Of a stretch of 51,476 nucleotides of DNA, positions 8,886-17,858 are shown piece by piece. The stretch lies in the NCBI GenBank assembly GCA_964010765.1, contig CAXGMD010000014.1, forward strand, positions 1-51,476. The letters run 5' to 3'. Origin of the DNA: an uncultured bacterium. Its GTDB lineage: Bacteria; SAR324; NAC60-12. Below the pieces are notes generated by a model. That model made no database searches. It was not told where the DNA came from and was given only the letters and a program-made list of their open reading frames with translations. The position numbers were made by a program, and so were the translations under genes. Position 1 is the first letter of the stretch, and each line of letters opens with the position of its first letter.

Positions 8886-9980
8886 CTAAGAAGCACCCTG
8901 AGGTTCTTGACGGGAAGGTTGATCTTCCTTGTCATCCAACTGCAGTCCCATAGCTCGGGCACGTCTTTCCCATAGACGACGAGCTAACACCTGCATGTCC
9001 TCATTCTTGTCGTCCTCATCAACGATCTCCAAGCCTAGCAAGGTCTCGACGACATCTTCCATAGTCACAACTCCAACCATTGTTCCCCAGTCGTCATCAA
9101 CCACCAAAGCGAGTTGTTCCCGTTTGCTGATCATCAGATCAAAAACCTCGGCAATGGTAGCATTGTAACGCGTTACTACCACTTGCCGCCGGAAATCACT
9201 GAGCCTAGTTTGAGGTCTGTCTTGCGCCTGGGCCATGATGATATCGTTTTTAAGAACATATCCGGTCACTTGATCAGGGTGCTTCTGATAGATCGGAATC
9301 CGTGAGAAAGGATTTTGGGGATGCAGTGTGAAATATTCGTCCACTGTCAGGTTTTCTTCCAAGGAGAATACCACGGTTCGGGGGGTCATGATATCCTCAG
9401 CATAGGAGGAGCGGAAACGAAAGAGATTACGAAGAATTCTTGATTCACTTTCTTCGAGTTGGCCTTCCTTGATGCCAAGTTCCGCCATCGAGGCGAACTC
9501 TTCTCGGCTGAAACCAGTCAACTCACGATGCTGTTTCATACCGCGTGTCAGAAACTCTGCGAGCCAGACGAAGGGCAGGAGAATCAAAACTAGATATTTG
9601 ATGAAGTAACCTACTGTCGGGGCCAAGGTCCTCCAGAAAGCAGCGCCCATCGTTTTGGGAATGATTTCTGAGAAGATCAGAATCATCAGGGTCAAAGCTC
9701 CCGAGGCAACGCCAAGGTACTCATCACCAAAAAGTTGAGTTGCTTGAACTCCAACTCCAGCGGCTCCTACCGTGTTGGCGACGGTGTTCAGGGTCAGGAT
9801 GGCGGTGAGCGGCCGATCCACATTTTCCTTCAATTGAAACAACATCCCTCCGGAGCGCTTCCCTTTTTCCTGCAAAAGAGCAACGTAGGCCGGAGTGATG
9901 CTAAGTAAGACGGCTTCGGCAATGGAGCAGACAAAAGAGATTCCTATCGCCATTGCTACAAAAACGATTAGAAGGGTCAT
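8886..9980 (-). CDS. CNNM/DUF21 + CBS domain protein (HlyC/CorC-like)
   Basis: 'SFVCSIAEAVLLS', 'ILTLNTVANT', 'SEIIPKT', CBS pair 'IMTPR...FSRIPIY...VTMEDVVE'. Confidence 0.9.
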   Translation of the reverse strand: MTLLIVFVAMAIGISFVCSIAEAVLLSITPAYVALLQEKGKRSGGMLFQLKENVDRPLTAILTLNTVANTVGAAGVGVQATQLFGDEYLGVASGALTLMILIFSEIIPKTMGAAFWRTLAPTVGYFIKYLVLILLPFVWLAEFLTRGMKQHRELTGFSREEFASMAELGIKEGQLEESESRILRNLFRFRSSYAEDIMTPRTVVFSLEENLTVDEYFTLHPQNPFSRIPIYQKHPDQVTGYVLKNDIIMAQAQDRPQTRLSDFRRQVVVTRYNATIAEVFDLMISKREQLALVVDDDWGTMVGVVTMEDVVETLLGLEIVDEDDKNEDMQVLARRLWERRARAMGLQLDDKEDQPSRQEPQGAS

Positions 9981-10122
9981 GTGCGGTTAGCTAGAGTTCG
10001 AGAGAACGGTTCCTCAATGAGGGACCATAGGCAGCGCCAATGAACATACTCCTCAAGGCAGACTGGCCAGTGATGAAAAAATAGTTAGCGATTACAAAGA
10101 CTTCTTGATAGCGTAGTGAGCT

Positions 10123-10500
10123 TGCGGAGTTAGATACGTGATCGCTGGTGGCGAGGGAATCGATCATGATTCTCGAGTTACGAGAGGAAAGTCCGGGCAG
10201 CACAGGGCAGGATGCTGGCTAACGGCCAGGCGGCGTGAGCCGACGGAAAGTGCCACAGAAAATAGACCGCCGATGGCTTCGGCACAGGCAAGGGTGAAAC
10301 GGGGAGGTAAGAGCTCACCGCGGGGCTGGTGACAGACCTGGCAGGGTAAACCCCATCTGCTGCAAGTCCAAATAGGATCGTAATCAGGCGGCCCGTCTGG
10401 CGATCGGGTAGGATGCTCGAGGTTGCTGGTAACAGCAATCCTAGATAAATGATCACGACTCTTAGATGAGAACAGAACCCGGCTTATCTCCGACTCCGCA
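10123..10500 (+). ncRNA. rnpB: RNase P RNA, bacterial type A
   Basis: GAGGAAAGTCCGGGC, GAAAGTGCCACAGAAA, AGGGTGAAA, GGTAAACCCC, ACAGAACCCGGCTTA signatures; terminal P1 pairing TGCGGAGT/ACTCCGCA. Confidence 0.96.
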
Positions 10501-10501
10501 T

Positions 10502-11449
10502 TCATGACGGTGGCACCTTTTGACGCTGCAAAATGTTACCAAGCAGGCGTTGCAGGTCTTGCCCGATTTCTGAATCGGGTGACTGCGTCATCAAGGGTTT
10601 ACGCTGTAAGACTGAGCGTCTCACCAAATCGTTGTTCGTCACATATCCTCGAAAATCTACAGATAGTCCAAAGTATTTCAGACAGGCTGTTTCCATCGCA
10701 TGACCGACCTTGATGTCGTTGTTGGAACGAACCTGATTCAGAATTAGACTAGGACGATATCTCTCTGTTTGTTGTTCCGCAAAATCAGACATCTCCGGTC
10801 CTAGTTCCTTCAGGTGAAGCAATAATTCACGCGGAGTGCGGATACCATGCCGATTGTTACGATCCATTGATTCTTCAACCAAATCTCGCAACTCTGGGGT
10901 TTCACTATACAATCGGATCTGCCGATAGAATGAACTTTTAATAAACCGGTAGGCATTTTCGATAGAGGTTGGCTCAGGGATCGCTACCAGTAACTGAGTG
11001 TCTGCGGCAATGAAAAAATCTAGAGTATTGAAGGAAGTTCCAGCTCCCAAATCCATCAGAATGTAGTCCGCTTCAATCTTTTTCAGTTCCCGTAGAAGTC
11101 GAATTTTTTGTGCATACTTTGGATTCGCGATATTTAGGCTATCCTGTGCTCCACTTAGCAGGAAAAGATTTGGTACTTGGGTCGGGACCAAGGCTTCTTC
11201 CAACTCTTCATAGCGCCTCATCAAGAAGTCGGACACTCCTCGATCCAGATCGGTGACTCCGAGGCAGGTGTGAAGATTTGCCCCTCCTAGGTCCAGATCC
11301 ATAAGCACCACTCGCTTGCCTTCTTTGGCGAGCAAGACCCCAATATTAGTGGTCAGGAAGCTCTTTCCCACACCTCCTTTGCCACCACCCACAGCCCAAA
11401 GTTTCGCTTGTTGTTCCATGCTGTATGTCGTTTTTTGTTTCTCAGTCAT
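10502..11449 (-). CDS. MinD/FlhG(FleN)-like P-loop ATPase
   Basis: 'GGKGGVGKS', 'DLDLGGANLHT', 'DLGAGTSFNTLDFF', 'PEPTSIENAYRF'. Confidence 0.85.
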   Translation of the reverse strand: MTEKQKTTYSMEQQAKLWAVGGGKGGVGKSFLTTNIGVLLAKEGKRVVLMDLDLGGANLHTCLGVTDLDRGVSDFLMRRYEELEEALVPTQVPNLFLLSGAQDSLNIANPKYAQKIRLLRELKKIEADYILMDLGAGTSFNTLDFFIAADTQLLVAIPEPTSIENAYRFIKSSFYRQIRLYSETPELRDLVEESMDRNNRHGIRTPRELLLHLKELGPEMSDFAEQQTERYRPSLILNQVRSNNDIKVGHAMETACLKYFGLSVDFRGYVTNNDLVRRSVLQRKPLMTQSPDSEIGQDLQRLLGNILQRQKVPPS

Positions 11450-11518
11450 CCATGAAGGAGGACATACTGTAGCACAGCGTCGTGAATCTGAAAGGAAGAA
11501 TTTATGGATGTCAAATGT

Positions 11519-11995
11519 TTAGAAAGGAACCAAGCGACGGAGTCCGTCATAAACCACAATGGAGGCGGCAGAGGCAAGATTCAAACTGCGCACCTCAGAT
11601 TCCCACATAGGAATGGTGAAGCTTCTTTCAGGATGTGGTTGCCACAGCCACTTTGGCAAACCAGCTGTTTCCTTGCCGAAAAAGACAAAGTCCCCCGCTT
11701 GAATCGGCATCTGGGTGTAAGGAGTCTTCGCATGAGTGGAGAGAAAGTGACACCGTGTGAAGTCTAACTGCTTGACCCAGTCTTCCCAATCCAGGATATG
11801 CTCCCAACTGACCCAATCCCAATAGTCCAACCCAGCCCGCTTCAAGGTGCGATCAGAAAGTTCAAAACCAAGTTCACCAGCCAAAATGAGGTGACACTTC
11901 GTCGCCGCACACAATCTCGCAATATTCCCAGTATTTGGCGGAATCTGTGGTTCTACCAACACCACCTGCAATAGTGGATTGTTGTGTATTCTCAC
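11519..11995 (-). CDS. trmL: tRNA (cytidine/uridine34-2'-O)-methyltransferase
   Basis: 'EPQIPPNTGNIARLCA', 'KRAGLDYW', 'FGKETAGLP', 'RSLNL'. Confidence 0.93.
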   Translation of the reverse strand: MRIHNNPLLQVVLVEPQIPPNTGNIARLCAATKCHLILAGELGFELSDRTLKRAGLDYWDWVSWEHILDWEDWVKQLDFTRCHFLSTHAKTPYTQMPIQAGDFVFFGKETAGLPKWLWQPHPERSFTIPMWESEVRSLNLASAASIVVYDGLRRLVPF

Positions 11996-11997
11996 AG

Positions 11998-13050
11998 TTA
12001 CACAGCCGCTCTTTGAAGACCCAACTGTACCAATTGGTGCAGTAATTCTGAATAAGACAAGCCCGATGCTTCCCAGAGTTTTGGGTACATACTAATGCTG
12101 GTGAATCCAGGCAGTGTATTAATTTCGTTAATGTAAATTTGATTGTCTTTAGTTAGGAAGAAATCTACTCGTGCCATCCCCAGACCTTCGACAACCCGAA
12201 AAGATTCCACCGCCAGATCACGAATCCGGCTCGCAACACTAGCTTCGATCTCAGCAGGGATTTTCAGGATCGCCCCATTCGGATCGACGTACTTCGCATC
12301 GTAAGAGTAGAATTCATGATTGGGGATGATTTCACCCAGAATCTCAGCCACTTCAGGAGCATCATTTCCAAGGACAGCAGCTTCAATTTCCCGACCGATG
12401 ATTGCCTGTTCCAGCAAAATCTTGTGGTCCAGAGAGAAGGCCTCTTTCAACGCTTGTGGGTATTCATCCTCTTTGCGAATCTTGGCAACTCCCAAAGAAG
12501 ACCCTTCACGGGTTGGTTTCACAAAGAATGGTGATCCTAATCTGGCGACCACTTCAGAATAGAGAAGGGTTTCGTTCCTACGTAACGTGATAAAAGGAGT
12601 GACCGGAAGGCCTGCCTGAACGAGCAGTCGCTTCGTAACATCCTTATCCATACTGATTGCAGATCCCCAGACATCACAGCCGACAAAGGGAACTCGAAGC
12701 AGTCGCAGCATCCCTTGCAAAGAGCCGTCTTCCCCAAAATTCCCATGGGTGATTGGGAAGAAAACATCTGCCTGCCACTGTAACTTGCCTTGTTCATTTT
12801 GTAGCCGACCCAACTGTCTTGGGAGAAGAGTCTCCGCTGCAGGATCCAAATGGATCTCACGGATATCCTGAGTTTGGCAGAGTAGGTCCCCTTCAGGCCT
12901 CCAGCACCAACTCCCATCTTTGCGGATACCGATTAGCTGAACCTCGTAGTTGTCTCTTGGAAGGGCTCTGGCGATATTGAAAGCTGAGATCAAAGATACC
13001 TGATGCTCCCCACTCAAGCCACCACAGAGGATCGCAACTCGAGTCTTCAT
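11998..13050 (-). CDS. ddl: D-alanine--D-alanine ligase
   Basis: 'GGLSGEHQVS', 'HGNFGEDG', 'MDK', 'FYSYDAKY' (Tyr omega loop, D-Ala-D-Ala type), 'NEINTLPGFT'. Confidence 0.95.
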   Translation of the reverse strand: MKTRVAILCGGLSGEHQVSLISAFNIARALPRDNYEVQLIGIRKDGSWCWRPEGDLLCQTQDIREIHLDPAAETLLPRQLGRLQNEQGKLQWQADVFFPITHGNFGEDGSLQGMLRLLRVPFVGCDVWGSAISMDKDVTKRLLVQAGLPVTPFITLRRNETLLYSEVVARLGSPFFVKPTREGSSLGVAKIRKEDEYPQALKEAFSLDHKILLEQAIIGREIEAAVLGNDAPEVAEILGEIIPNHEFYSYDAKYVDPNGAILKIPAEIEASVASRIRDLAVESFRVVEGLGMARVDFFLTKDNQIYINEINTLPGFTSISMYPKLWEASGLSYSELLHQLVQLGLQRAAV

Positions 13051-14057
13051 TCACCATTCTCCAGCCAGATCGGCACTGGCAAATCCTTGCTTCGCAGAAA
13101 CTCGGGATTGAAGAGCTTCGATTTGTAGCGGACGCCTGAGTCACAAAGCACAGTGACAATGGTTTTACCTGGTCCAAGTTGCTTAGCCAAACGAATTGCA
13201 CCGGCAACATTCAGAGCTGCTGAGCCTCCCAAGCAAAGTGCTTCATCTCTCAATAGTTCAAAGCAGATAGGCAACATTTCATCATCTGTGACCCGAAATG
13301 CAGCGTCTACCTTGAGTCCTTCCAGATTAGCGGTGATCCTGCCCTGGCCAATTCCCTCAGTAATTGAGCTCCCAACAGATTGTAATTCACCTGTGGTGTA
13401 GTAGGAATAGAGAGCAGCCCCCATTGGATCAACCAACCCTATCACGATATCAGGATTTCGCTCCCGCAGAGCCATGGCTGTTCCTGCCAAGGTTCCTCCA
13501 GTCCCAACCGAGCAGATAAAGGCATCTACAGTCCCATCGGTCTGCTCCCAGATTTCTGGTCCTGTTGTTTCATAGTGCCCCGTTCGATTTGCTGTGTTGT
13601 CAAATTGATTGGCCCAAATGGCACCATTGGATTCAGTTGCGGCCGTTTCTTCGGCAATTCTTCGTGACTGATGAATATAGTTGTTTGGATCTTTATAGGG
13701 CACTGCTGGAACTTCTTTAACCACAGCACCACAAAGTCGTAGCATGTCTTTTTTTTCTTCGCTCTGAGTCTCAGGAATAACGATCAGGGTACGGTAGCCT
13801 CGGGCGTTTCCAACCAGGGCGAGTCCAATTCCAGTATTCCCGGCGGTTCCTTCGACAATCAAGCCACCTGGTTGAAGCAATCCTTTCTTCTCTGCATCCA
13901 AAATAATTGCCCGGGCAGCTCGGTCTTTTACAGATCCTCCCGGATTTAGAAACTCTGCTTTTCCCAGGATTGTACACCCAGTCAATTCTGAAGCCTTCCG
14001 CAGGCGAATCAGCGGTGTGTTGCCAATGCTGTCAACGAAATCCTGTCGAATTTCCAT
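13047..14057 (-). CDS. cysK: Cysteine synthase A
   Basis: 'IGNTPL', 'KAEFLNPGGSVKDR', 'GTAGNTGIG', 'GTGGT'. Confidence 0.9.
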   Translation of the reverse strand: MEIRQDFVDSIGNTPLIRLRKASELTGCTILGKAEFLNPGGSVKDRAARAIILDAEKKGLLQPGGLIVEGTAGNTGIGLALVGNARGYRTLIVIPETQSEEKKDMLRLCGAVVKEVPAVPYKDPNNYIHQSRRIAEETAATESNGAIWANQFDNTANRTGHYETTGPEIWEQTDGTVDAFICSVGTGGTLAGTAMALRERNPDIVIGLVDPMGAALYSYYTTGELQSVGSSITEGIGQGRITANLEGLKVDAAFRVTDDEMLPICFELLRDEALCLGGSAALNVAGAIRLAKQLGPGKTIVTVLCDSGVRYKSKLFNPEFLRSKDLPVPIWLENGE

Positions 14058-14098
14058 TCTGTCCTTAATCTATGCCTGATTCCCGGCATGAGGCAGGT

Positions 14099-14770
14099 TC
14101 AAAGTTCAGCGAGTTGCCCCTGTTGAAGCACGACTTGCCGTTGGCAACGCTCGGCTAGATCCCTATTGTGAGTCACCATTAAGAGAGTCATCTGCGTATC
14201 ACGTACCAAATCGAAAAGTAGATTCGCAATCTGCTCACCAGTTTCTACATCCAAATTTCCTGTAGGCTCATCAGCTAACAAAATTGCGGGTTCCACGACC
14301 ACAGCACGTGCGATTGCAACCCGTTGGCATTCTCCACCACTCAACTGGTATGGGAAGTGGTCATGACGATGTTCAAGTCGCACTTGTTCCAAAGCTTTAC
14401 GAGAGCGTTCGGCATGTCCAGCCCTTTGAAAAATCTCTAATGGTAAACTGACGTTCTCCAAAGCTGTCAGATGCGACATCAAATGAAATTGCTGGAAAAT
14501 GATCCCGATATTCTCCGCACGGAATCGCGTCAGTTCTTCCTCACTCATTTTGGCCAGATCGGTTCCACGAATCCTCAGAGCACCACTGGTGGGTTGATCA
14601 AGACCTGCGAGCAAAGAAAGCAGAGTCGATTTTCCACTGCCTGACTGCCCTAGCACTGCAACTGTTTCCCCCTGATTGACTTGTAACTGTAAGTTGCGCA
14701 GGACCTCAACGTTTTCGTTCCCGCTTGGATGAGGAAAGGACTTTCCAACATTTTCCAACTCTAGAATCAT
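14099..14770 (-). CDS. ABC transporter ATP-binding protein (YbbA/LolD-like)
   Basis: Walker A 'GQSGSGKST', 'LSGGECQRVAIARA', 'LADEPTGNLD'. Confidence 0.9.
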   Translation of the reverse strand: MILELENVGKSFPHPSGNENVEVLRNLQLQVNQGETVAVLGQSGSGKSTLLSLLAGLDQPTSGALRIRGTDLAKMSEEELTRFRAENIGIIFQQFHLMSHLTALENVSLPLEIFQRAGHAERSRKALEQVRLEHRHDHFPYQLSGGECQRVAIARAVVVEPAILLADEPTGNLDVETGEQIANLLFDLVRDTQMTLLMVTHNRDLAERCQRQVVLQQGQLAEL

Positions 14771-14797
14771 TAATAAAACTCTGTACTTGGGGTGTTT

Positions 14798-17293
14798 TTA
14801 AGATCTCAACTGGGCATCACAGGTCTGTTCGAGTCGGCGTACAATTTTCTGTCGGATCTTCTGGACATCCTTGTCCTGCAGAGTGCGGTCATTTGCCTGA
14901 AAGGTCAGAGCAAAAGCCAAACTCTTTTTGTCAGCAGCCACTTGTTCACCTGTATACACATCGAACAAGGTAACCTGTTTCAACAAAGGACGACCTGCCT
15001 GTTCCATCTCACCAAGGACCTGGGCTACCGGAAGATCTTGATTTACAACAACTGCCAAGTCTTCGTAGATTGGAGTGAAGCTCGAAATTTCCTGCATCTG
15101 GTGTGCTTGCTGCCATTGGTTCAGTAGCAGATCCAGGTCCAGCTCTGTGATACAAAACGGTTGTTCTGGGAGAGAAAATTCACTACGAATTTTCGGGTGG
15201 AGTTCTCCAATGTAGCCCAGCATCTGTCCACCGAGATAAAGACTAGCGCAGCGGCCTGGATGATATGGTAAAACATCGGCTCGCTCCCAGCGAATCTCAG
15301 ATTGCAAATGCAAGCCTTCCAACAAAATCTCCAAACGACCCTTGAGGTCATAAAAGTCATAATCAGTTGTTGCTTGGTCAGATTGCCAAGCATCGGCTTG
15401 GCGAGGACCTGTTAGCAATGTAGCAAGCCGACGAGGCTCAGCTGGGAGGGCCTCTCCCTCTTGAGGTAAGAACACACCACCCACTTCAAAAATCTGAATC
15501 CGAGAGAGCAGCCGAATGTTTTCACGTGCTGTCTGAAGCAAGCCCACCAGTAGAGTCTGGCGAAGATGACTACGCTCCTGAGAGAGAGGATTCAGTAAGC
15601 CAATCTGTGTGCTCTCACCCGCATCCGTCTGTAAGCGCAGCGTGGCTTCATCGAGAGGACTGTTAAGCGAGTAGGTAATCACCTCGTCAAGTCCCGCTCC
15701 CACTAGCAGATCACGGACTTTCTCTACACCGTTCAACTTAAAATTTTCTCGTTGCGGTGGCAATTCATCGGATAATCTTGTAGGAGGAAGGCGGTTATAA
15801 CCATGGATACGTACAAGTTCTTCCACTAGATCTGCTGGAATCCGCACATCCTGACGATGAGCGGGCACCTGAACCTGATAGATTTCTTGCTTGATAGCAA
15901 CTTCGAACTCCAGCGCCTCAAGAATCCGTACAACCTCAGCCTCTGGCAGCTGGATTCCCAAGATACGCTCAATATAGTCCGAGTGCAGTTCAATGCTAAC
16001 TGGTTCAGGTCTTTTTGGGTAAAGATCTCCAACGACAGGCTCTAGCGTTCCACCAGCCAATTCAGCAATCAGCCGTGCTGCACGCCAGCCTGCTAGCAGG
16101 GGCAATTCAGGGTCTAGGCGTTTGCCAAACCGCTCTGCCGCTTCTGTTTTGAGCTTCAGTAGTTGGGAGGTGCGGCGATTGTTCAGAAACTCAAAATGAG
16201 CCGCTTCCAACAGAATATCTGTTGTCGCTTCCGACACTTCGGTATTGCCCCCACCCATTACACCTGCGATGGCAATCGCTCCCTGCTCATCGGTAATCAA
16301 CAACATTTCTGGGTCAAGCTTTCGCTCAACCTCATCGAGAGTTACTAACACTTCCCCCGGTTGGGCACGACGAACACAGATAGTTGGAGTGCCGCTACTA
16401 CGTTGGACTAGTGCTTCATAATCAAAGGCATGGAGGGGTTGACCTAGCTCCAACATCACATAGTTGGTAATGTCAACAATATTATTGATGGGGCGCATTC
16501 CGCTCTGTCTCAAGCGCTGCTGCATCCAAAATGGAGAAGGCCCAATCTTGACGTCCTTGATCCGAAATGCAGTGTAGCGTGCACAAAGATCTGGGTCATT
16601 GATCTGCAAATTTACATAGCCCGATTCTTCCACAATATTCTTGGCTTCTGGCAGATCGTGAATGAACTCATTCTTAAGAGGTAACCCATAAATCGCAGCA
16701 GCCTCGCGGGCAATGCCATGGACACAGAGAAGATGACTAAAACCTCCCTTGATATCGAAGTGCAGAACTGTCTCTCCAAGATATTCACTCAAAGGAGAAC
16801 CAACAGGTGCAGGTGCATCCTCTGGAAGGATCAAGACTCCCTCATGTTCTTCACTCAGACCAAGTTCCTTTTCAGAACAAGCCATTCCTTCAGAAGGAAT
16901 CCCTCGAATCTTCGAAGGTTTTAGCTTCTTAAGCTTGTATTCTTCGCTGTAGGCGTCAATTACCTGCGCTCCAACCAAAGCTAGGGGGATCTTTGGACAG
17001 GGGGTTGGAACATTCCCAATCATTGCAAAAATATTAGGAGCACCGGTCACCACTACCAGGGACTGATCTGTTCCGTAATTGACCGTTGCTAGGCAGAGAG
17101 AGTCCGCATCAGGATGTGGTTCGACTTGCTGAATTTCTGCAACGACGAGAGTTTCAGGATTCCAGAATTCCCCAATCACGTCTGCCCCGTCAACCTCCAG
17201 GCCTGCAATCGTCAGGGTTTCCGTCAATTGATCAGGAGTTGCGGTGTAATCAACAAAATCACGTAGCCAGCGAAGCGGAATCTTGAGCGCCAT
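14798..17293 (-). CDS. pheT: Phenylalanine--tRNA ligase beta subunit
   Basis: 831 aa; 'HPDAD', 'IRGIPSEGM', 'RPINNIVDITNYVMLELGQPLHAFD', 'DLVEE', C-terminal 'FDVY...KKSLA'. Confidence 0.95.
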   Translation of the reverse strand: MALKIPLRWLRDFVDYTATPDQLTETLTIAGLEVDGADVIGEFWNPETLVVAEIQQVEPHPDADSLCLATVNYGTDQSLVVVTGAPNIFAMIGNVPTPCPKIPLALVGAQVIDAYSEEYKLKKLKPSKIRGIPSEGMACSEKELGLSEEHEGVLILPEDAPAPVGSPLSEYLGETVLHFDIKGGFSHLLCVHGIAREAAAIYGLPLKNEFIHDLPEAKNIVEESGYVNLQINDPDLCARYTAFRIKDVKIGPSPFWMQQRLRQSGMRPINNIVDITNYVMLELGQPLHAFDYEALVQRSSGTPTICVRRAQPGEVLVTLDEVERKLDPEMLLITDEQGAIAIAGVMGGGNTEVSEATTDILLEAAHFEFLNNRRTSQLLKLKTEAAERFGKRLDPELPLLAGWRAARLIAELAGGTLEPVVGDLYPKRPEPVSIELHSDYIERILGIQLPEAEVVRILEALEFEVAIKQEIYQVQVPAHRQDVRIPADLVEELVRIHGYNRLPPTRLSDELPPQRENFKLNGVEKVRDLLVGAGLDEVITYSLNSPLDEATLRLQTDAGESTQIGLLNPLSQERSHLRQTLLVGLLQTARENIRLLSRIQIFEVGGVFLPQEGEALPAEPRRLATLLTGPRQADAWQSDQATTDYDFYDLKGRLEILLEGLHLQSEIRWERADVLPYHPGRCASLYLGGQMLGYIGELHPKIRSEFSLPEQPFCITELDLDLLLNQWQQAHQMQEISSFTPIYEDLAVVVNQDLPVAQVLGEMEQAGRPLLKQVTLFDVYTGEQVAADKKSLAFALTFQANDRTLQDKDVQKIRQKIVRRLEQTCDAQLRS

Positions 17294-17343
17294 ATTCTCT
17301 TGGTAGTCAGGTTGAGTGAATGAATTGCGAGACTAGACTTCTT

Positions 17344-17850
17344 TCAATTGGATTGCAGTTCATGATACAGGTTCCGAAATTCCAGTGTCATCTTGTGCTG
17401 TGGATCCATAAAAACCAGTGGCTTGCAGTGCTGATGGGACTCACGAATCTTGATGGAAGATGAAAGTTTTGTCTCAAGAACTGGTAATTCTTCAGCTAGC
17501 ATTTCCTCCAGTAATTGGCGTGGTAATCGGGCTCGTGGCTGAAACTGGTTAGCCACAATCCCGTCCACCTCTAATTGCGGATTGTGATCGGAGATGATTT
17601 CACGGACTTGTTGCAACAGGGTATACAGTGCCTGACGCGAGAAAGCGTCACAATCGAAAGGAATCAAACAACGCTCTGATGCAATCAAAGCGGATCTAGT
17701 GTAGCCCAGCAGGTAGTGTGTGGAGTTGCCTTGTGGATCCAGATCCTCAAGCAAAACTCGCTTTCCTTCCTGGGTGGCAATTGCTGCAAGATTGCAGACA
17801 ATAGTGGACTTACCAACCCCTCCCTTCCAATTATAAACAACTCGACGCAT
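17344..17850 (-). pseudogene. ParA family ATPase with in-frame internal deletion (probable pseudogene)
   Basis: Walker A and 'DLDPQGNST' are joined directly to 'YTRSALIA'; no DTPP/DCPP Walker B; 168 aa versus about 250 aa typical. Confidence 0.7.
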
Positions 17851-17858
17851 CGATGAAC

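Noticed and set aside
10138..10505. Several short ORFs on both strands
   Set aside because: They overlap the RNase P RNA gene
11998..13050. Van-type D-Ala-D-Lac ligase
   Set aside because: The omega loop has Tyr (YSYDAKY) and the context is housekeeping
14072..14098. Shared CCTGA...AGGCAGG hairpin with 36530-36549 as a REP-like repeat
   Set aside because: Only two short, poorly matching copies
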